Assembly (NCBI GenBank): GCA_043810635.1
Contig: JBDRNY010000011.1
Location: forward strand, 1-13,777
Length of the DNA: 13,777 nt
Direction: 5' to 3'
Source: Candidatus Micrarchaeota archaeon
Lineage (GTDB): Archaea; Micrarchaeota; Micrarchaeia; Anstonellales; Anstonellaceae
The position numbers and the translations under genes are program-made. Under the pieces are notes generated by a model. That model searched no databases and was not told the origin of the DNA. It saw nothing but the letters and a program-made list of their open reading frames with translations. Of this stretch, positions 8,227 through 13,777 are shown in pieces. Every line of letters starts with the position of its first letter. The first letter of the stretch is position 1.

Positions 8227-9066
8227 TTACGACACTTTTGCAAGCTCGTCGGATACGATGGTGTCAAATCCGTCCTTTATTATGCCGTCTCCCCTGTCAT
8301 AGTCATCAAACGGAATTGCCCCGACAACAAGCCTTCCTTCCACTTTCCCGTTTTTCATCGGGCCGACAAGGAATGTTGGGGTGCCTCCCACTCCGATTGC
8401 GCTTCCGATTGCCTGCTGGGCATTGAGTGTGTCGTCCTTGCCTTCTGCCATGCATGTATCATATGCATCTCCGTCAAGCCCGACTTCTTCTGCAACTTCC
8501 TTTAGGCCGGCTTCGTCGGTTTTTTGGGTTTCAAATATTTTGTCATGCATTTCAAAATATTTGCCCTGGTCTCCCGCGCATTCAACCGCAACTGATGCTG
8601 TTTTTGCAGATGCATGCACTATGTAATTCATGTGCACAAAATTTAAGTCATCCCCGTATTTTTCTTTTAATTGCGCCATTGTTGGCTGTGCGCGCGTGCA
8701 GAATGGGCATTGGAATTCTGAAAATTCCACTATTGTTAATTTTGCCCCCTCGCTTCCTTTTATTTCCCTTCCGCCTACATCAGCAGTCTTTGCCGAAGGG
8801 GTTGGGGTGGGCGTCGGAGTGGGGGTGGGCGTAGGAGTTGGGGTAGGGTTGCTTTCTACAGTGCCGCCTCCCTCTAAATTCACGGTTGCGCTAAAATCTT
8901 TTGTAAGCAAAGCATTTTCAATATTATTCAGGGATTGTGTAAGCGAGCCTACAGACATCCATATTGAACCTGCAAGAATTACAAATCCGAGCAGGAATGC
9001 GAGTGCAAGGGCATACATCGTAGAAGAGTCTACATTGGCTCCCTTGTCCCCAAGCTGTTCTGACAT
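8227..9066 (-). CDS. Membrane-anchored DsbA-family thiol-disulfide oxidoreductase
   Basis: Likely start is ATG 9066 (MSEQ...), preceded by a GAGGTG SD. It has a TM helix, a Pro-Thr linker, 'EFSEFQCPFC' (CxxC) and the cis-Pro loop 'GGTPTF'. Confidence 0.92.
   Translation of the reverse strand: MSEQLGDKGANVDSSTMYALALAFLLGFVILAGSIWMSVGSLTQSLNNIENALLTKDFSATVNLEGGGTVESNPTPTPTPTPTPTPTPTPSAKTADVGGREIKGSEGAKLTIVEFSEFQCPFCTRAQPTMAQLKEKYGDDLNFVHMNYIVHASAKTASVAVECAGDQGKYFEMHDKIFETQKTDEAGLKEVAEEVGLDGDAYDTCMAEGKDDTLNAQQAIGSAIGVGGTPTFLVGPMKNGKVEGRLVVGAIPFDDYDRGDGIIKDGFDTIVSDELAKVS
8797..8847 (-). repeat. (Pro-Thr)8-Pro linker coded by a degenerate 6-bp repeat
   Basis: Codon-variable CCNACN repeat translating to PTPTPTPTPTPTPTPTP. 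Confidence 0.85.
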
Positions 9067-9198
9067 TATAAAACACCTCATCCACATTCTATAAACTAGT
9101 ATTGAATAAACAAATTTAATAAAGTAATTTATAACGCTTTCCCCAAATTCGGTTATGCCGGGAGGGAAAAATAGAGTTATAAATTTTAAAAGAGAGGG

Positions 9199-9864
9199 AT
9201 GGTTATGGAAGAGGAAAGCTCGGTTAGGTTGATTTCGGTTACACACGGGATGCTGGAGCATAAGGAGCCGGAAGAGATAATTACATATTGCGCAAGGGTG
9301 TCAAACCCATTAAACCAGGATAAAATGGATACTGCGCCGAGGCTTCTTAATTATTGCATAAAGCACAAGCATTGGTCTATTTTTGAAATGGCAGATATGG
9401 CATTGGAAATTAAGACTTCAAGGGCTATTGCACAGCAAATTTTGAGGCACAGGAGCTTTAATTTCCAGGAATTTTCGCAAAGATATGCAAAAGTCACTGA
9501 ATTTATTACATATGGCGCAAGAAGGCAGGATGAGAAAAACAGGCAGAGCTCTATTGATGATTTTGATAAGGAAACAAGAGAATGGTTTAAGGAAAGCCAG
9601 CAGAAAATGCAAAAAGATGGGCATGAGTTGTATGAAGAGGCGCTGAAAAAAGGGATTGCAAAAGAATGTGCAAGGTTTTTGCTTCCCCTGAATACGCAGA
9701 CAACGCTTTATATGAAAGGAAGCGTGCGAAGCTGGATACATTATATTACAGTAAGATGCGACGAAAGCACGCAGAAAGAGCATAGGGATATTGCGCTGAA
9801 AGCAAAGGAGATATTTGTTAAGGAATTTCCAAATACTTCAGAAGCGCTTGAATGGAAAGAATAA
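9199..9864 (+). CDS. thyX: Flavin-dependent thymidylate synthase
   Basis: ThyX motif '[14 protein letters not shown]' (RHRx7S), 'HWSIFE', '[10 protein letters not shown]', 'TQKEHR'. The start could be 9199 or 9205. Confidence 0.96.
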   Translation: MVMEEESSVRLISVTHGMLEHKEPEEIITYCARVSNPLNQDKMDTAPRLLNYCIKHKHWSIFEMADMALEIKTSRAIAQQILRHRSFNFQEFSQRYAKVTEFITYGARRQDEKNRQSSIDDFDKETREWFKESQQKMQKDGHELYEEALKKGIAKECARFLLPLNTQTTLYMKGSVRSWIHYITVRCDESTQKEHRDIALKAKEIFVKEFPNTSEALEWKE

Positions 9865-9890
9865 TTAATATTGCCAATAATAGGGGGGAT

Positions 9891-10328
9891 ATGGCGGAAG
9901 AGAGCGGCGGGGAAGAAAATTTTTATTCTGTGGATAAGGCGGAAAATATTGAGGAAGGGAAAGTGAAATATATTTTGAGAAAATATTCTGCTTTTGATGC
10001 GGTAGAATTGGATAAAATTAACGGGAAAATTGAGGAAGCAAAGTATGCTGTAAAAGAGCTTAAGGATTCTTCTTATGGAGTGGTGGAATTTGGGGGGAAA
10101 ATGAAGGGGCAGATTGGGGAGTATGAGGAAAAATTGGCAAAATTAATGGAAAAGAAATTTGAATTGCGGAAAAATGCGCTTGGAATTATGCATGCAATTG
10201 AGAAATTTGAAGGGGAGCCCACATTTGCAAAGGGAGATGTGATATCTGAGAATGTTGTGAATGGATTTGTTGAAAAAGGGATTTTGCTTCCGGAAGAAGC
10301 GAAGGGGAAAAGAAAGGCAATTACCTAA
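9891..10328 (+). CDS. Hypothetical protein (145 aa, charged, probable coiled coil)
   Basis: ATG at 9891 after a G-rich SD-like run, purine-rich coding like neighbouring + strand genes, co-oriented after thyX. I recognise no motif. Confidence 0.7.
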   Translation: MAEESGGEENFYSVDKAENIEEGKVKYILRKYSAFDAVELDKINGKIEEAKYAVKELKDSSYGVVEFGGKMKGQIGEYEEKLAKLMEKKFELRKNALGIMHAIEKFEGEPTFAKGDVISENVVNGFVEKGILLPEEAKGKRKAIT

Positions 10329-10445
10329 TTATGTGAACTACCACAACCTAACTGAAAATTGAGGTCATGGCTTCCTGTTTCACAGACGAAACCATCGTTT
10401 CATCTTCACAGGCGTTACTTCCCGCAATTCCTGCGGTAGCTCTTA
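10313..10445 (-). ncRNA. Predicted TnpB omega-RNA (reRNA): scaffold overlapping the tnpB 3' end plus a flank-derived guide (5' boundary approximate)
   Basis: Hairpins CCGCA/TGCGG (10436-10422), CCTGT/ACAGG enclosing GATGAAAC/GTTTCGTC (10412-10374) and GCCATGACCT/AGGTTGTGGT (10371-10340). GTGAA can pseudoknot with the terminal TTCAC. Predicted guide begins ATAATTAGGTAATTGCCTTT. Confidence 0.72.
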
Positions 10446-11496
10446 TGAGTATATTACGTGCAGCGTTGAGGTCTCTATCTATTGACAGGCCGCAGAAAGA
10501 GCAGTTGTGCATTCTTTCTGTTATGTCTTTTTTGACGATATTTTGGCAGTTACTGCACTCTTGCGTTGTATTCTTTGGGTCTACAAATACTACCTTGCAA
10601 CCAGCTTCTTCCGCTTTGTAGCAAATCATATTTGCACACATTCCCCATCCAGCATCATTAATTGACTTTCCAAAATTCTGTTCTGCCATCTCTTGAGAAG
10701 CCAATTTTTCTAATGCTATGAGGGAATAATTAGAAACAAAACCACTAGAGAGTTTATGCAGGAAATCTGCTCTTGTGTTTGAAACCTTTTCGTACTGCTT
10801 GGCTACCTTGATTTTTGCTTTATACATGTTCTTTGCTTTGCAGTTTTTGCGTTTCTTCTTTTTTCTTGATAATCTTTTCTGGTAGAATGCAAGCCTCTCT
10901 TTGTGTTTGTTGAAATGTCTTGGATTCTTTACTGCTTTTCCATTTGAGAAAGTAGCGAATTTCATAAGTCCTAAATCCACACCTACTTTCTCACCATTAT
11001 TTTCCTTTGGTTGTTTTCTCTCCTGCTCTACACTGAAATTGGCAAACCATTTTCCAGAAGCCTCTCTTTTTATAGTGAGGGTTTTTATCCTGCCCTTTAT
11101 TTCCCTGTGTTTTTTTATTGAAATTTCTCCGAATGGAGCAACCTTTAGTTTGTTATTGAGCCAAAAACCAAATTGAGGATAGTGCAGACTTTTCATTCTG
11201 TCAAAAGACTTGAATCTTGGAAAACCTATTTTCTTTCCTTTCTTTTTTAGTTTAAACATTCTTATAATTGAATTGAAAACCCTATGAGAAATCTCTTGTT
11301 GTGTTTGTGAGAACATGCCATATCCCTTTACCATAAGTTGTAGGGTGTTTTTAGTAGGAAAATAACCAAAGTCATTGTAAGTTTGTTTGCAATGGGCAAG
11401 CAGTTCATTCCAGAGATTCTTAGCCAACCACAGGTGAGTATTGAGCTCTTTCTGCTGGGTTTTTGATGGATATACCCTGAATTTGTATGTCTTCAT
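10348..11496 (-). CDS. tnpB: RNA-guided endonuclease TnpB (382 aa)
   Basis: N-terminal 'MKTYKFRVYPSKTQQKEL', 'GFPRFKS', RuvC-I 'VGVDLGL', RuvC-II 'IALEKL', Zn finger 'CSNC...CSFC', RuvC-III 'DRDLNAARNI'. Real start is ATG 11496, not 11664. Confidence 0.95.
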   Translation of the reverse strand: MKTYKFRVYPSKTQQKELNTHLWLAKNLWNELLAHCKQTYNDFGYFPTKNTLQLMVKGYGMFSQTQQEISHRVFNSIIRMFKLKKKGKKIGFPRFKSFDRMKSLHYPQFGFWLNNKLKVAPFGEISIKKHREIKGRIKTLTIKREASGKWFANFSVEQERKQPKENNGEKVGVDLGLMKFATFSNGKAVKNPRHFNKHKERLAFYQKRLSRKKKKRKNCKAKNMYKAKIKVAKQYEKVSNTRADFLHKLSSGFVSNYSLIALEKLASQEMAEQNFGKSINDAGWGMCANMICYKAEEAGCKVVFVDPKNTTQECSNCQNIVKKDITERMHNCSFCGLSIDRDLNAARNILIRATAGIAGSNACEDETMVSSVKQEAMTSIFS

Positions 11497-11553
11497 ATGT
11501 TTAGTATATAGGTAAATATATAGAAGAGTTTTGAAAGGGTAGCTTTCCACTGA

Positions 11554-11720
11554 ATTTGCACTCTTCAGCCACCATCTAACCCTCAAATTCCTTTTAGGAA
11601 TTTTGGGTGCTACAAATTGTTTCACAATTTGGCATCCCTTCGCCTTCGGCGAAGAGGACCCCAAATCACAAGAGTGATTTGTAGGGGGGTGGCTCGCTTC
11701 ACTGGTTTTCGAGTGCAGGT
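11554..11720. other. Multibranched palindromic structure: two closing stems enclosing four tandem bulged hairpins
   Basis: P1 tgcactc 11557-63 / gagtgca 11711-17. P2 agccacc 11567-73 / ggtggct 11688-94. H1 aaattcct/aggaattt 11585-11603. H2 caaattgt/acaatttg 11613-31. H3 cttcgcc/ggcgaag 11638-54. H4 caaatcac/gtgatttg 11662-81. Confidence 0.85.
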
Positions 11721-11723
11721 AAG

Positions 11724-11746
11724 CCTATAAAATGGATTTTATAAGG
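11724..11746. terminator. AT-rich hairpin, possible bidirectional terminator or IS-end element
   Basis: cc-tataaaat-gg-attttata-agg inverted repeat overlapping the stop of the small ORF. Function not established. Confidence 0.3.
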
Positions 11747-11834
11747 AAACTATTGTACTTATCAAAACTTCACTTTTCTTTTTTATAAGTTTTTTATATT
11801 CACCATCTTCAAAGGTAACGTTTATTGTTTTCAT
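11739..11834 (-). pseudogene. Small RHH/antitoxin-like ORF (31 aa), probably truncated
   Basis: Translated by hand: MKTINVTFEDGEYKKLIKKKSEVLISTIVSL*. The alternating beta-strand 'KTINVTF' followed by an amphipathic helix is the ribbon-helix-helix start pattern. TATA-like TTATAAAT lies upstream. Too short for the ORF track. Confidence 0.55.
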
Positions 11835-11891
11835 GTTATTCATTTATTTATAATACTGTTGGCTCGTCCCATAGCCAAATTCATCCCCTGC

Positions 11892-12695
11892 CTAACAAAA
11901 TCGTGGAAGGGGACTTCTTTGGCACTTTGTTAAAATTATTTTTCCCTTCTGCCAGTCCCGGATGAGAATTTTGGATGCTTCCAAAATATTTGGCTCCCCT
12001 CTTTTTAGCAATTTTCCCCTCTTTATTGCGATTTTGGCAAGTATCTCTTCTGTATTTTTGCATTTTTCAATTTTATAATGGGAAAATAGAGAATCATCTT
12101 TTGCAGAAAGAAATTTGTGGATTAATTTTTCTGCTGTTTTTTGCGGGTTTTGCAATTTTTCAACATCAAGAGCGGAGTGGAGGGCAAGCGCTTCATCTTT
12201 CATTGCAAAATCAGCTATGCCGGGAGCGTCTATAAACAGGATATTGTCATTAAATTTAATCCACTGGATTCCGCGGGTTATTCCCGCCCGAAATCCTGTT
12301 TTTGTAATTTTCCTGCCGATAATGGAATTGATAATAGAGCTTTTTCCAACATTTGGAATTCCGAATATAAGGATGTTTATTGGCGGGGAGTGTGATTTCA
12401 ATTTCTTGCGGGCAAGGGAAGTTATGAAATGCTTTAATTCCTTTATTCCTTCCCTTGTTCTTGAAGAGCAGTAGATTATTGGAATATCTTCTGTTTTTTC
12501 TTTATTTGCTATTTTTGGCAATAAATCCGCCTTTGTTGCAGCTATTACCAACTTCCCCTTAAATGAACTTTCCAATCTTTTTATCCTTGTATTTGAAATA
12601 TTTCTGGCATCAACTACCTCAACTAGAATTTGGCATTTGCGGAGCAACCCTTTTACCTGCGCCCAGGTTCTGAGCTTGAAATTCGGATTTGACAT
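11892..12695 (-). CDS. Circularly permuted ribosome-biogenesis GTPase (RbgA/YlqF family)
   Basis: 'VEVVDARN', G4 'TKADL' placed before G1 'GIPNVGKSS', G2 'GITRG', G3 'DAPG', C-terminal 'IRDWQKGKI'. Start is ATG 12695 (TATA-like ~25 nt upstream) or 12719. Confidence 0.92.
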   Translation of the reverse strand: MSNPNFKLRTWAQVKGLLRKCQILVEVVDARNISNTRIKRLESSFKGKLVIAATKADLLPKIANKEKTEDIPIIYCSSRTREGIKELKHFITSLARKKLKSHSPPINILIFGIPNVGKSSIINSIIGRKITKTGFRAGITRGIQWIKFNDNILFIDAPGIADFAMKDEALALHSALDVEKLQNPQKTAEKLIHKFLSAKDDSLFSHYKIEKCKNTEEILAKIAIKRGKLLKRGEPNILEASKILIRDWQKGKIILTKCQRSPLPRFC

Positions 12696-12801
12696 AAATA
12701 GCTTATGCGATTGCTGCATTTTTATAATTTGGCTACCGGGTTTGCTGGCAGGAATTTGGAGGATGCTGGGAATTTTTATAATTTGGGGGAGGAATAGTAT
12801 C

Positions 12802-13482
12802 ATGCTTAAGGCAATTATTTTTGATTTGGATAATACTCTTGTGAATTTCTGGGAGTTTAAAAAGGAGTCTGCAAAAGAGGCGGCAAAAGCAATGGTTAAT
12901 GCCGGGCTTGAAATGGATGGGGAAAGGGTGGAAAAGCTTATTTTCAATATTTATGAAATATATGGAATTGAATACCAAATGACATTTACAGAATTGCTCA
13001 AGCCTTTCAAGTTTGAGAAGGGGAAGTTTGAAAGAATGAGAAATGCGGCAATTACCGCTTATTTGAGGAAAAAAGGGGAAATTCTGAAGCCTTATGAAGG
13101 GGTGGAGGAAATGCTGGGGAAATTGAAGGGGAAGTATAAATTGGCTGTGTTGACAGATGCGCCGAAAGGAAATGCTTACAAAAGGCTGGAATTTTCCGGA
13201 TTGGAAAAATATTTTGAAAAAGTGGGCACATTTCATGATACAAATATTTACAAGCCGGGAGTGGAGCCGTTTTTGCATATATTGGGGGAATTGGGGGTGA
13301 AAGCTGAAGAGGCATTGATGGTTGGGGACAACCCGGGAAGGGATATTAAGGGGGCAAGAAATGCGGGGATGAAAACTGTTTTTGCAAAATACGGGCATGT
13401 ATTTGGAGATGATGGCACAAAAGCTGATTATGAAATAAACAAGCCTAGAGAATTAATTGAATTTGTTGAAAAATTAAAATAA
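12802..13482 (+). CDS. HAD-superfamily hydrolase (subfamily IA, archaeal type)
   Basis: Motif I 'IIFDLDNTL', motif II 'VLTD', motif III 'KP', motif IV 'MVGDNPGRDIKGA'. ATG at 12802. Confidence 0.94.
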   Translation: MLKAIIFDLDNTLVNFWEFKKESAKEAAKAMVNAGLEMDGERVEKLIFNIYEIYGIEYQMTFTELLKPFKFEKGKFERMRNAAITAYLRKKGEILKPYEGVEEMLGKLKGKYKLAVLTDAPKGNAYKRLEFSGLEKYFEKVGTFHDTNIYKPGVEPFLHILGELGVKAEEALMVGDNPGRDIKGARNAGMKTVFAKYGHVFGDDGTKADYEINKPRELIEFVEKLK

Positions 13483-13492
13483 AAGCAATTGC

Positions 13493-13777
13493 TCAATGCC
13501 TTTTTCTCCTCTTTTTTCTTGCATTTTCTGATAAATGGCTGGGCGGGGGGGATTCAATTTCTTTTCTTTTTCTGAAATATCTGAGGTATAGAAATATTGC
13601 CAATAATAGTATGAGGAGGATGAGCAATACTATTATTATTTCAAGCATTAGAAACAATCCTTCATCTCTCTCTAGCGGAGGCCATGTTTTCTGGGGCTTT
13701 TTTATTGTTTGGTTTTCTTCTTGAGGAAGTGACAAGACATCTAATATTTTGGGGGGAGGCAGGATTGCATTAACGGG
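13493..13777 (-). CDS. C-terminal fragment of a membrane-anchored (probably cell-surface) protein; 5' end outside window
   Basis: Frame is open to the window edge (PVNAILPPPKILDVLSLPQEEN...). A long hydrophobic helix 'IIIVLLILLILLLAIFLYL' is followed by a basic cytoplasmic tail. Confidence 0.75.
   Translation of the reverse strand, partial: PVNAILPPPKILDVLSLPQEENQTIKKPQKTWPPLERDEGLFLMLEIIIVLLILLILLLAIFLYLRYFRKRKEIESPPPSHLSENARKKRRKRH

Larger units (their letters stand above)
10333..11722 (-). mobile_element. Non-autonomous IS200/IS605-family (IS1341-like, tnpB-only) element. Right end at 10333; left end uncertain (~11718 or ~11760).
   Basis: tnpB with no adjacent tnpA. The right end reads GAAG-CCATGACCT...AGGTTGTGGT-AGTTCAC on the minus strand. 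A related hairpin foot (AGCCACC...GGTGGCT) lies upstream. Candidate target motifs are TTAC (11722-11719) and TTGAT (11765-11761). Confidence 0.8.

Noticed and set aside
9067..9261. N-terminal extensions of DsbA (and likewise of RbgA to 12947 and HAD to 12637)
   Set aside because: They overlap divergent genes. Better starts with SD/TATA signals or family-typical N-termini lie downstream.
9861..9875. Second target for the TnpB guide (ATAATTAATATTGCC)
   Set aside because: Only 7 contiguous matches in AT-rich DNA and no adjacent TTAC/TTGAT motif, so it is expected by chance.
11497..11664. 56-aa N-terminal extension of TnpB in the ORF track
   Set aside because: It has a non-ATG start and runs through the palindromic region. 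TnpB homology begins at MKTYKFR (11496).
11554..11720. SRP RNA, RNase P RNA, tRNA or group I intron (IStron)
   Set aside because: I could not find the SRP helix-8 motif, RNase P P4 consensus, T/D loops or group I P7 core. The region is also short for these RNAs.
10321..11722. 6-bp terminal inverted repeat TTACCT/AGGTAA bracketing the element
   Set aside because: It is too short, the left copy lies inside the host gene beyond the TCAC end, and IS200/IS605 elements do not use terminal inverted repeats.
11859..11878. ttggct/agccaa hairpin after the GTPase stop as a terminator or IS end
   Set aside because: It is only a 6-bp stem with no clear U-tract, too weak to call.
10348..11890. Cas12f/Cas14 with a CRISPR array
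   Set aside because: There are no direct repeats separated by unique spacers and no cas genes. The protein has a standard TnpB N-terminus and a 3'-overlapping omega-RNA/IS end. The hairpins upstream abut each other and are not sequence-identical.

Overview
A gene-dense, AT-rich archaeal region. The Sm-like protein, archaeal-type TopA, long-type FKBP, NadM-type NMN adenylyltransferase and archaeal HAD fit a DPANN/Micrarchaeota-like host, which is my inference. In order it holds: the 3' end of mnmA, tRNA-Ala(GGC), lsm, an unknown membrane-anchored protein with an acidic tail, a SlyD-like PPIase, an NMN adenylyltransferase, a stomatin/SPFH protein, a bacterial-type bifunctional purH, topA, a DsbA-family oxidoreductase, thyX, a hypothetical gene, a non-autonomous IS200/IS605-type tnpB element, an RbgA/YlqF GTPase, a HAD hydrolase and the 3' end of a C-terminally anchored membrane protein. 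The most unusual part is the tnpB element (~10333-11722/11760). It has intact RuvC motifs and a complete omega-RNA/right end ending in TCAC. Its upstream region (11554-11720) folds into a multibranched structure in which two long-range stems enclose four back-to-back bulged hairpins of shared architecture but different sequence (REP/BIME-like). Next to it is an unannotated 31-codon RHH/antitoxin-like ORF that looks truncated. Also noted: a synonymously diverged duplicate of the topA 3' end, and non-canonical positions in the tRNA.
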